From an uncultured bacterium (GTDB lineage Bacteria > Oederibacteriota > Oederibacteriia > Oederibacteriales > Oederibacteriaceae): DNA of 64,000 nt. Position numbers and translations under genes: made by a program. Of the stretch, positions 32,731-42,364 are shown in pieces. Position 1 is the stretch's first letter. Each line of letters begins with the position of its first letter. The stretch spans positions 256,001 through 320,000 of the forward strand of contig OZ218778.1 of the NCBI GenBank assembly GCA_965112635.1, read 5' to 3'. The notes under the pieces were generated by a model. It had not been told where the DNA came from. It was given only the letters and a program-made list of their open reading frames with translations, and did not search any database.

Positions 32731-34296
32731 TCATTGGAATTCTTCCTTACCGGCCATCACCATCTGGAAGGCCTTGGCCTCTTCCCGGCGGCCTAAAGAA
32801 ATCAGCGGTTTAACAAAGGAAAAAATGGTCTTTTTTTCACTGGCCGCAGCCAGGGGCAGGCTAAAACTTATGGAATTGTCCCCCTTGGAGGGAAAATCCA
32901 CCTTGATTTCGCCCTGATGCGACTCCACGATCCTCTTGGCTATGGCCAGCCCCAGGCCTATGCCCGGGATATCGCCCGCGCCCTCTTTGTCCACCTGATA
33001 AAAAGTGTCAAAGATCTTCTGCCGTTCCTCGCAGGGTATGCCGGGGCCGTTATCGCCCACAGAGAACCTGACCAGGCCTTGCTCCTGCCTGGCCGTGAAA
33101 GTGAGCTTGACTATCTTTTGGTCGTTGAATTTCACGGCGTTCTCAATGAGGTTGCTCAACAGTATCTCCAGCATCACCGGGCTGAGCCGCAGCCCCACCA
33201 TGCTGCCCGGCAGGTCGAATGTGTATTCGATCTCTTTATCCGTATGCTTTTTGAGGATGGCCTTCACGATTCCCTCTATCCGGTCCATATACACAGAGCC
33301 CTCTCCGACACCTTTGCCCCCGTAACGGGCCGCCGTGTCCACATTGACAAAATCCGTTATTTTTTCCATCACCTTTGAAAACTCGGCCAATCTTTTCATC
33401 GTGGCCTCTGCGGAGTCCCTGAGCCGGGTATTTTTCATGGCCACAAAGGCCTCTTTCATCTGGGCCAAATGGCCCAGGCTCAGGTTCAGGGGAGCATGCA
33501 CTTTTTGGGCGATAAGGTTGAGAAAATTTGCTTTCCGGTGCTTTTCTCCCCTCTGTTCCGTCACGTCATGCAAAATGATGACCACGCTGGTTGTCCTGCC
33601 CTGGCTGTCCCTGATCACCCTGGAACTGAAACTAAGTATCAGCGGCCAGTAGGTGGGGAACTCGGGCCGCTCCAGGTCAAAATCAAGGTCGTCAATGACC
33701 AGGTCGGTCTTCAGCTCGCCTTCATAATGGACCTTAAAGGTCTGGTGCAGGCGGTCCAGCCAGTCCGGGGACGGCTCCACAAAGCTCAGCAGCTCCCGGG
33801 CCAGCTGGTTGGACCGGACGATCCTCAGGTCCGCGTCGCAGACGATCAACCCTTCACTGGCCCGCTCAATGACCTTTTCCAGCTTTTTCTTTTCATCCAC
33901 CCGGGAGCGTTCATTGTGGAGCTGGAGGAGCGTCTTGACCTTGGCCAGCACTTCATTGATATCAAAAGGCTTGGAAATAAAATCATCGCATCCCGCCTCT
34001 ATCCCGGAGATCCGGGCGCTGGTTTCGGCCAGCGCCGTGATCATCACCACGGGCAGCGTCTTAGTGCTTTCCGCGGCCCGGATCTTCCGCGTCACCTCGA
34101 AACCATCCATATCCGGCATCATCACGTCCAGCAGGACCAGGTCTATTTTTTCATAGGTGAGTTTCCTTAGGGCCTGCCCCCCGTTTTCCGCGGTGACGAC
34201 CTCGTAACCCTTGGACTTGAACAAAGTGGCCAGGAGCTCCACATTAAGGGGCTCGTCGTCCACCACCAAAATCGTGGTTTTTTCAACTATATTCAT
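32731..34296 (-). CDS. Receiver-PAS-histidine-kinase-like protein lacking the canonical phospho-His
   Basis: N-terminal receiver (VDDE, DVMMP); H-box reads IAQKVHAPLN; HATPase boxes intact; ATG 34296 overlaps the upstream stop. Confidence 0.82.
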   Translation of the reverse strand: MNIVEKTTILVVDDEPLNVELLATLFKSKGYEVVTAENGGQALRKLTYEKIDLVLLDVMMPDMDGFEVTRKIRAAESTKTLPVVMITALAETSARISGIEAGCDDFISKPFDINEVLAKVKTLLQLHNERSRVDEKKKLEKVIERASEGLIVCDADLRIVRSNQLARELLSFVEPSPDWLDRLHQTFKVHYEGELKTDLVIDDLDFDLERPEFPTYWPLILSFSSRVIRDSQGRTTSVVIILHDVTEQRGEKHRKANFLNLIAQKVHAPLNLSLGHLAQMKEAFVAMKNTRLRDSAEATMKRLAEFSKVMEKITDFVNVDTAARYGGKGVGEGSVYMDRIEGIVKAILKKHTDKEIEYTFDLPGSMVGLRLSPVMLEILLSNLIENAVKFNDQKIVKLTFTARQEQGLVRFSVGDNGPGIPCEERQKIFDTFYQVDKEGAGDIPGIGLGLAIAKRIVESHQGEIKVDFPSKGDNSISFSLPLAAASEKKTIFSFVKPLISLGRREEAKAFQMVMAGKEEFQ

Positions 34297-35768
34297 TGCT
34301 TTTCCTTCTCCTGACAGCAAGTTGCCTCAAAAATACCGGCGAGCATCCGGCCTTTCTCGTCGGCATCTCCCGGCTGGTAGCTTTTGCCCGATACCCCGGA
34401 CCGGCCCACGGGCAGATGGATATAAAAAATGGTCCCCTGTTCCTGGGATGTTTTATAAAAGATATGACCCTTGTGCGCTTCCACGATCTCCCGGCAGATG
34501 GACAGCCCCAGTCCCGCGGCCCGCTCCGCGGTTTTGGTGGTAAAGAACGGCTCAAATATCCTGCCGCGTATCTCCTCCGCGATGCCCGGACCCCTGTCCT
34601 TGACGCTGATTTGGACCTTGTCCTCGCCCAGATGGTCGGCCGCCAGCGAGGTCCTTATTTCTATGATGCCATCCTTTTGAACGAGCGAGATGGCCTGGGC
34701 CGCGTTGTGGATGAGATTAAGGAAGACCTGCTGCATCTTCAGCTCATCGCAGCGGACCGGGGGCAGGTCCAAGGCCGGTTCAAAGACCAGTTTGATGCCG
34801 TGCATGGTCAGGATATTCTGGACGATCTGGATGCTCCGCCTCAGGCAAAGGTTGATGTCCAATGTCTCCAGGCCGGGCTCATTGTTCACGGACAGGCTGA
34901 TGGTCCGCTTGACCATCACCTGGCACTGGGTCCCTTCGCGGATGATGTTGTCCGCGGCTAGCATCCTGCCCTCCGGGCCCAGGTATTCCTGCTGGAATTT
35001 TTCCGCCTCCCGGACCATCAGGGTCAGGGAATCATTGACGCTCTCGGCCATGCCGTGCAGTATTTCCCCCAGGGTGGCCATGCGCTGGGTGCGGTCCAGC
35101 CGGACCTGCGCCATCTTCACTTCCCTGGTCAGCTTCTCGCTGAGCTGGCGGCTGTTCTCGGACTGCTTCCTGAACCCGCGTTCCTGCTCCATCAGGAAGC
35201 TGTAGAAGATGGTCAGGACAAAGATAAAGGGGATGCGTATCAAAAAGGTCGTCTCCATCAGGCTCTGGCTCATGATGCCCGTGGAATGCAGGACCATCAG
35301 CGCGTACACGCCCGAGACGACCCCAGCGATCAGGAGGTTTTCCAGCAGGTTGCGCCCAATGGCCACCATAAAGATAAGGAGGAAATAGGCCAGGTAAAGG
35401 TCGGTATCAAATTTACGGAGCAGGAGGATGGCCAGGGTGATGACAGCCGTGTCAAAAATGAACAGCACCAGGTTTTGCCAGGCCTGGTCAAAACGCGCCA
35501 GCCTGGAAACAGTCACCCAGATATTGGACGCGGCGTAGCAGGTCAGCAGAAGGGCCAGTAGAACCAAGTTCCAAAAATGCATTCCCCGGCCGGCGTAGAT
35601 CATAAAAAGGGTGAGGGTCAGGAGCACCATCCAGCGGAGCATGAGGATGGCCCGCTTGGTACCCTGGCTGCCTTCCTGCTTCACGGTCATGCCTCGGAAC
35701 AACTTAAGGGCCTGTTCACGGGCTCCATACAGGACACCCTTCAGCCGACTTGCCAAAACCTGTTCCAT
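34293..35768 (-). CDS. Multi-TM histidine-kinase-like protein lacking the canonical phospho-His
   Basis: Several TM helices; H-box reads GMAESVNDSL; NLIHNA, DRGPGI, FEPFFTTK and GLGL intact. Confidence 0.82.
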   Translation of the reverse strand: MEQVLASRLKGVLYGAREQALKLFRGMTVKQEGSQGTKRAILMLRWMVLLTLTLFMIYAGRGMHFWNLVLLALLLTCYAASNIWVTVSRLARFDQAWQNLVLFIFDTAVITLAILLLRKFDTDLYLAYFLLIFMVAIGRNLLENLLIAGVVSGVYALMVLHSTGIMSQSLMETTFLIRIPFIFVLTIFYSFLMEQERGFRKQSENSRQLSEKLTREVKMAQVRLDRTQRMATLGEILHGMAESVNDSLTLMVREAEKFQQEYLGPEGRMLAADNIIREGTQCQVMVKRTISLSVNNEPGLETLDINLCLRRSIQIVQNILTMHGIKLVFEPALDLPPVRCDELKMQQVFLNLIHNAAQAISLVQKDGIIEIRTSLAADHLGEDKVQISVKDRGPGIAEEIRGRIFEPFFTTKTAERAAGLGLSICREIVEAHKGHIFYKTSQEQGTIFYIHLPVGRSGVSGKSYQPGDADEKGRMLAGIFEATCCQEKEKQ

Positions 35769-35936
35769 ACTGCCTCCCCCTTCGCATGCGAATGGTTAAC
35801 AACATAGTCAACACTATCATTTGCGGGATAAAGGCAGAAGGAGCCAGGGCTGTAAATACATTGATTTTTAAAGGGTAATTAGCTGTCCTGGAGCAGGAGA
35901 TAATTGGAGTATTGTTGAGAAAAAGCTATTTCATAC

Positions 35937-35980
35937 CTCATTTCAGCAAGTACCCCTTTTTGTCCACTTGATGAAATGAG
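35937..35980. repeat. 15-bp inverted repeat with 14-nt spacer (hairpin or operator)
   Basis: CTCATTTCAGCAAGT-N14-ACTTGATGAAATGAG, one mismatch, intergenic. Confidence 0.6.
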
Positions 35981-36045
35981 CCTACCACCCCATTTTCTCT
36001 GTTCAATGTTGTTTCTCTAGTTCAGGGTTCTGACTGGGGAACGGG

Positions 36046-37600
36046 GAAGGGGGATTGTTAAACAGCTGGTTGCTCAGGCATACAGGGCTTTGTGGACCGC
36101 GGCGAGCATGGTTTCGGACTCGTAGGGCTTGCCCAGGAACCGGTAACCCAGCTTGTCCAATTCGGGCAGTTCTATCCTGTCGTCCAGATAGCCGCTGCAG
36201 ACCAGCACCTTGATGCCGGGGTTCTGCCTGCTGACCTCCTCCGCGAGCTGTCTGCCGTCCATGCCTGGCAGGATCATATCCGTAAAAAGCAGGTTGAATT
36301 TTTTCTTTTCTTCTTTAAAAGAGATGAGGGCCTCCTCTGCGTTCTGTGCGGGAAACACAATATAACCATGCTTCTGGAGGATGACCGTGCTCAGGGCCAG
36401 GTTTTCCGGCTGGTCTTCCACCAGCAATATCCTTTCTCCGGTCCCCCGGCCGTACTCCAGCGCTATTTTTTTTGACTCCCTGGGTTCCTCGCTCTTTCTG
36501 GTGTCCATAGGGAGCCACACCTTGAACTCCGTGCCCTGACCCGGCTGGCTGGACACATTGATCCACCCGTTATGCTGTTTCACGATGCCATAGGTGACCG
36601 ACAGCCCCAGTCCCGTGCCCTTGCCACGGGTCTTGGTGGTAAAAAAGGGCTCAAATATTTTTGCCATGGTTATCGGCTCCATACCCTTCCCGTTGTCTTT
36701 GACCGTCAGGCACACGAACTCGCCAACCCGGGCTTCGGATATTTCCAGGGCCTGGCTCTCGCTTAGAGTGCAGTTGCAGGTCTGGATGAGCAATTGGCCG
36801 CCCTGGGTTATGGCATCCCGGGCATTGACGCAAAGGTTCATCAGGACCTGTTCCATCTGGGTCTGGTCGGCGTAGATGGCCTGGAGGCCCTTATCCAGCT
36901 CCAGTTTCAAAGTAACCTTTTCACCCACTGCCTCTTTGAGCATCTTTTCCATATCCTGGACCACTAGATTCAAGGAAAGGGACTTGGGGGACAGGTTTTG
37001 TTTGCGGCTGAACGCCAGCAGCTGACCGGTCAGGGCAGCGGCTTTTTTACCCGCGCCCTTTACTTCCTCCAGATAGGATTGGACAGCATCCCGGTCATCT
37101 TTTTTGATGAGGGCCAGGTCAGAGTAACCGATAATGACATTAAGCAGGTTGTTGAAATCATGGGCAATGCCTCCGGCCATCTCCCCGATAGAGGCCAATT
37201 TTTGGGCCTGCATCAGGCCCTGTTTCAGGAGTTTAAATTCCGTCACATTGGAGGCTATGGTGGAGAAACCGATGGCCTGGCCATTTTGTCCTTGAAGCGG
37301 GGTTATGGTCAAAGCCACCTGGATGGTCTCCCCGTTCTTGCGCAGGTGCTCGGTCTCAAAATGGGCAATTTTATGGCCTGCGTTGAGTTGCTCTGTAAGC
37401 ATCCGCATCTCTTCTTTGCGTTCCGCGGGAACCAGTTGTTCCGCAGACATTCCAATGGCTTCCGCTGGGGAATAACCATAAATCTTTTCCGCACCCCTGT
37501 TCCAGCTCGTGATGAGGTTCGCCAAATCCCTGCTGAATATCGCGTTATCCGAGGATTCCACGATCGTCGCCAGCAGGCGGTCTTTTTCTTCCGCTTTCCG
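36046..37600. repeat. Diverged duplication, copy A (PAS-HK-REC plus 3' flank)
   Basis: Collinear nucleotide similarity to 40808-42364, including non-coding GGGGGATTGTTAAACAGCTGG beyond the stop codon. Confidence 0.8.
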
Positions 37601-38746
37601 GCTCTCGGTGATGTCCCTGGAAACGGCGAGTAAACCTATGATCTTTTTGTGTTCCGCCCCTTCCCAGATGGGGGTTTTGACTTCCCAGAACACCCGGCCA
37701 TTCTCCGAGACGACCTCCTCGGTGGTCTGTTCGCCCTGTAAAACCCGGGCCTCAATGGCCTTGATCTGCTCGGCCGCGCCAGTGGGCATCAGTTCGGAGT
37801 CCTGACGGCCTATCAATCCCTCCAGGGAACAGCGGAACAGCTCCAGGGTCGCCTTGTTGCCGTAAACATACCGGGACTGGGCGTCCTTGAAATAGACATA
37901 AACGGGTATCTGGTCCATGATCTCCCGGAAACGCTGGGCTTCGTCCAGAGCCCTGAGCAGTTTCAACTCCTCCTGCTTGCGTTCGGTGATGTCCTCGGAT
38001 ATGCCCAGCAAATATTTCGTGACCCCATCCTCCCCCCGAATGCAAACCTTGCGGGTATGAAGAATCCGTTGGCCTTTCTTGGCTGTCAGGATAAATTCTT
38101 CCGGGATATCCAGCATCCCCGCTTCGCCATCCAGCACCTCACGGTCTTTGCTCATGAAATTGGCCGCCTGTTCAGGAGGGAAAAGGTCCAGGTTATTCCT
38201 GCCCAGCAGGTCTTTGCGGTCATATCCCAGGAGTTCCTCGCCCGCGCGGTTGAATATGACGAAACGCAGGTCTTTGGACTCTTTGAGGAATATCATGAGC
38301 GGAATATTTTCTACGACGGATGCGAAAAGGCTTTTCGATTCCCTCAACTCCCTCTCCGACCGCTTGCGCTCTATGGCATATCTCAATGAACGGATCAGCA
38401 GGGAACCGTCAAATTTCCCTTTAACCAGATAATCTTCCGCGCCCGTATGAAGGGAATCCACAACTAGTGCTTCATCATCCAGCCCGGTGATCACCACCAC
38501 CGCGGTCCCGGGGGCATTGCCCAGGATGCTTTTCAGCGTAGTGATCCCCTGACTGTCCGGCAAATTAAGGTCTAGTATGAGGCCGTCAAACGAACTCTTG
38601 CGTAACTGATCGACCGCGTTATCCAGCGTGCCTACAGTTGATATTTCATACCGGCCGACACCGGCTTTTTTGACCATTTCCTGGATGAGCCGAGCATCGC
38701 CCGGATTGTCCTCGACCAATAATAGTTTTATCTTTGGCTCCTCCAT
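36074..38746 (-). CDS. REC-PAS(x3)-HK-REC hybrid histidine kinase
   Basis: VEDNPGDA receiver, PAS repeats, [18 protein letters not shown]-terminal receiver. Confidence 0.92.
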   Translation of the reverse strand: MEEPKIKLLLVEDNPGDARLIQEMVKKAGVGRYEISTVGTLDNAVDQLRKSSFDGLILDLNLPDSQGITTLKSILGNAPGTAVVVITGLDDEALVVDSLHTGAEDYLVKGKFDGSLLIRSLRYAIERKRSERELRESKSLFASVVENIPLMIFLKESKDLRFVIFNRAGEELLGYDRKDLLGRNNLDLFPPEQAANFMSKDREVLDGEAGMLDIPEEFILTAKKGQRILHTRKVCIRGEDGVTKYLLGISEDITERKQEELKLLRALDEAQRFREIMDQIPVYVYFKDAQSRYVYGNKATLELFRCSLEGLIGRQDSELMPTGAAEQIKAIEARVLQGEQTTEEVVSENGRVFWEVKTPIWEGAEHKKIIGLLAVSRDITESRKAEEKDRLLATIVESSDNAIFSRDLANLITSWNRGAEKIYGYSPAEAIGMSAEQLVPAERKEEMRMLTEQLNAGHKIAHFETEHLRKNGETIQVALTITPLQGQNGQAIGFSTIASNVTEFKLLKQGLMQAQKLASIGEMAGGIAHDFNNLLNVIIGYSDLALIKKDDRDAVQSYLEEVKGAGKKAAALTGQLLAFSRKQNLSPKSLSLNLVVQDMEKMLKEAVGEKVTLKLELDKGLQAIYADQTQMEQVLMNLCVNARDAITQGGQLLIQTCNCTLSESQALEISEARVGEFVCLTVKDNGKGMEPITMAKIFEPFFTTKTRGKGTGLGLSVTYGIVKQHNGWINVSSQPGQGTEFKVWLPMDTRKSEEPRESKKIALEYGRGTGERILLVEDQPENLALSTVILQKHGYIVFPAQNAEEALISFKEEKKKFNLLFTDMILPGMDGRQLAEEVSRQNPGIKVLVCSGYLDDRIELPELDKLGYRFLGKPYESETMLAAVHKALYA

Positions 38747-38759
38747 TTTTTCCTGCGTC

Positions 38760-39209
38760 CTATCCTTGGAGAGGAAGCTTAACCACGGTCAGCCAGAAAT
38801 CCTCTATAATTTTAACCACTTTATAAAACTGATTAAAATCCAAAGGTTTGGTGATATAGGCATTGGCATGAAGATTGTAGCTTTTTATAACATCCTCGTC
38901 CGCCTTGGAAACGGTCAAAACCACCACGGGAATGCTTTTCAAGGCCTCATCGGATTTGACCTCTTTTAGAACTTCCCTGCCGTTCTTCTTGGGGAGATTC
39001 AGGTCAAGCAAGACAATGTCCGGGCGGGATAATTTTTCGTATTTTCCCTGCTTCCTAAGATAAGCCATAGCTTCCACCCCATCCCCTACAACATTCAAAG
39101 CATTCCTTATCTTGGCATCCTTGAACGCCTCCTGGATAAGCCGAATATCACCCGGATTGTCCTCCACCAGCAGTATTTCTATCGGCTTTCCTATATTATT
39201 CATTTCCAT
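38760..39209 (-). CDS. Rcp1-like single-domain response regulator
   Basis: [39 protein letters not shown]. Confidence 0.9.
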   Translation of the reverse strand: MEMNNIGKPIEILLVEDNPGDIRLIQEAFKDAKIRNALNVVGDGVEAMAYLRKQGKYEKLSRPDIVLLDLNLPKKNGREVLKEVKSDEALKSIPVVVLTVSKADEDVIKSYNLHANAYITKPLDFNQFYKVVKIIEDFWLTVVKLPLQG

Positions 39210-39224
39210 TTTCCCCTCCTCCTA

Positions 39225-40320
39225 TTAATCTTTTAAAGTGAAATAAAAAACTGTGCCCTTTCCATATTCGGACTCATACCATATCTTCCCCCCATTACGC
39301 TCCACGATACGCTTGCAAACAGCCAGGCCCACCCCGTTACCGGGGTACTTGACCCCTGCCAACCGCTGAAATAGGGAAAAAACCCTATCCTTATACTGGG
39401 GTTCTATTCCGATACCATTGTCCTTGATGGAAAAAACAACCTCTTTTCCCTTTTTCCCCGCAGAAAGATGAACACACGGTGCCTGTTCTCCGCAAAACTT
39501 GATGGAGTTGGCAATGAGATTCTGCAAAACCTGAAGAAGCTGGGAGGGGTCGGCCATGACCGCTGGCAAAGGATCTGTGGGTAATGACCGCTTTATTCTC
39601 TAATATGGCCAATTTCAGATTGGCCAGAGCGCCTTTAAGGACCTCCTCGGTATCCACCAGCTCCAGGGGTTTAGCCTGGGACTCTACCCGTGAGAATAAT
39701 AACAGACCGTCAATGAGTCCCTGCATGCGGGTAGCTCCGTCTACGGCGAAATTGATGAATTCATCAGCATCCTGGTCCAGTTTGCCTTTATAGCGTTGCT
39801 CTATCAATTGAAGATAACTTACGACCATCCGGAGCGGCTCCTGCAGGTCGTGGGAGGCGATATTGGCGAACTGCTGGAGGTCTTCATTGCTGCTTTTTAG
39901 TTTTAAGGCATATTTCCTAATCTCCTCTTCCTCTTTGTGCCTGGTGATGTCCTCGATGGCCAGAAGAATGATATGCTCTTTTCCTAATGCTCTCTGAATT
40001 TGCCTTGCATTCAAAAGTAAGATGCGCCGGCCAATGGTGTCAAAATCGTGCTCCACCTCAAAATTGTCAAAGGAGGTCTTTTGAGGAAGGATGTTTTCCA
40101 GCAGTTCCCTTAGCTGGGGAATATTCCACTGTTTGTTACCCAGGTCATAGATTAACTGCCCCACCGTCTCTGCCGGGTTTACCTTAAAAAATTCATAGAA
40201 GGAACGGCTGGCGGAGATGACCCTGAGGTCCTGGTCCAGAACGACCAAGGGTTCGCGAATGGTATTGATAATGCTTTCGGCGTATTCCTGGGATTCTACT
40301 GCTGTTTTTTCGCTAAACAT
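39225..40320 (-). pseudogene. PAS plus Cph1-type histidine kinase with a +1 frameshift near 39575 (possibly a sequencing error)
   Basis: ASHDLQEPLR in 39391..40320 continues as DPLPAVMAD...QNLIANSIKF...DNGIGI in 39225..39569. Confidence 0.8.
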
Positions 40321-40397
40321 TTCTTATCTCCTTGCTGGCTGCCTGGCCGCGTTCCCTGGCCCTTTCAGGCCAAGGCTTTACCTATGGAGTGAAAATA

Positions 40398-40560
40398 CTA
40401 CTGAGCTTGTTTTTGCAGGAGTTCGGATTGTAGGATGGTGATGTCTGTGGGTGGTGCGGCTCGAGGTGAAATTATTCTTGCAGGTATGGTTGAGTCCCTC
40501 AAAAATACTTCCCTTGAGGCTGGGACATTTCATATCACAGGTACAGTTATCTTTGGTCAT
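40398..40560 (-). pseudogene. Internally deleted paralog of the Crp/Fnr regulator at 44189-44884
   Basis: TCDMKCPSLKGSIFEGLNHTC...RTT matches its N-terminus; 3' end in another frame reads ITILQSELLQKQAQ-stop, matching its C-terminus. Confidence 0.75.
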
Positions 40561-40566
40561 TTTCTA

Positions 40567-40580
40567 CCCCCCCCCCCCCC
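40567..40580. repeat. C14/G14 homopolymer tract
   Basis: 14 consecutive C, 6 nt upstream of the ATG at 40560 on the minus strand. Confidence 0.85.
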
Positions 40581-40807
40581 GAAAAAAAGGGTGGAGGTTT
40601 CTACAATTAAGTTTAATCCTCTTCCTCTGCATTAGGAAGATATAAAAAAATTATCTTTTGCAAATGGATATTGGGCCATTAACCGTCTTAAGAAAGCTGA
40701 GCAATATCAAGGGGTTTGCAACAATAGCGCCCCAAACAAGGGTTTTATTGGGTAACATGGATCATAATTCAAAAATCCTCCTCTACCTCCCCCTTTTCTG
40801 TAAAGGG

Positions 40808-42364
40808 GGAAGGGGGATTGTTAAACAGCTGGCTGCTCAGGAATACAGGGCTTTTTGGACCGCCGCCAGCATGGTTTCGGATTCGTAAGGTTTGGCTAGG
40901 AACTGGAAACCTTGGTTGGTGAGTTCGTTTTGCTCCACGATCTTATCCAGATAACCGCTGGTCACCAGCACCCGGATGTTAGGATTCTCTTTTCGGATTT
41001 CCTTGATAAGTGCATTCCCATCCATGCCGGGCAGAATGATGTCGGTAAAAAGCAATTTAAACCCTTTTTTCTCTTCCTTGAACGCCCTGAGGGCGTCTTC
41101 TGCATTCTCAGCGGGAAAAACAGTATAACCTTGTTCTTCGAGTATCTTGGTGGCCAGGGCCAGATTGTCCGGCTGGTCCTCCACCAAAAGTATTTTTTCA
41201 CCAGCGCCCCGGCCGTGCTCCAGGGCTATTTTCTTTTGTAGCTTGGGCTCCTGGTCTTTGCGTTCATCCCTGGGGAACCATATCCTGAACTCTGTGCCTT
41301 TCCCAGGCTGACTGGACACATTGATCCACCCGTTATGCTGTTTCACGATGCCATAGGTGACGGACAGGCCCAGGCCCGTGCCCTTGCCCCTGCTCTTGGT
41401 GGTAAAAAAGGGGTCAAATATTTTGGTCAGGGTCATGAAATTCATTCCTATACCGTTGTCCTTGACTGTCAGGACTATAAAATCCCCGGGACGGGCTTCA
41501 CGGATAACCTGCGCTTCTAACTGGCCAAGGGACACTGCCTGGGTCTTGATAAGCAGTTGGCCTCCCTGAGGCATGGCGTCGCGGGCGTTGACGCACAGGT
41601 TCATCAGGACCTGCCCTAACTGGTTCTGGTCCGCATATATTCTTTCTTGTCCTTTACTCAAGGCCAGCGTAAGCACGACGTGTTCACCCACCGCCTCTTT
41701 GAGTATTTTTTCCATACCCAGGACCACTTCATTCAGGGATAAGGACTGGAGGGACTGGTTCTGTTTGCGGCTGAAGGCCAGCAATTGTCCGGTCAGGGAG
41801 GCGGCTTTTATGCCCGCGCCTTTTATCTCCTCCAGGTAGTTCCTGGCGGCAGTCCAGTCATTGGCTTTCATCAGGGCCAAGTCAGAATAGCCGATGATGA
41901 CGTTGAGCAGGTTGTTGAAATCATGGGCAATGCCTCCGGCCAATTCCCCGACAGAGGCCATTTTCTGGGTCTGGACCAAATCGCTCTGCAGGCGCCGGAA
42001 TTCGGTGATATCGGTGGCGATGGTGGACCCGCCGACGACCTGGCCGTTCTTGTCGTAGATAGGCGAAAGGGCCAGCATCACCTGGACCCGGGTCCCATTT
42101 TTATGCAGGCGCTCTGTCTCAAAGCGCAGTATGGGTTGGCCAAGGTTAAGTTTTTTGGTGATCTCCAGCATCTCTTCCCTGCGTTCCGGAGGGACCAATT
42201 TTTCCGCGGACATGCCGATAGCCTCCTGGACGGAATACCCATATATCTTTTCCGCGCCCTTGTTCCAGCTCAAAATTATTTGATGATGGTCCCTGCTGAA
42301 TATCGCGTCACCTGAGGATTCCGCGATGGTGGCCAGCAAGCGGTTTTTTTGTTCGGCTTCCCGG
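40808..42364. repeat. Diverged duplication, copy B (PAS-HK-REC plus 3' flank)
   Basis: Collinear with 36046-37600. Confidence 0.8.

Noticed and set aside
39225-40320. Possible phytochrome, given the Cph1-like kinase and Rcp1
   Set aside because: No GAF/PHY photosensory module; only a PAS domain precedes the kinase
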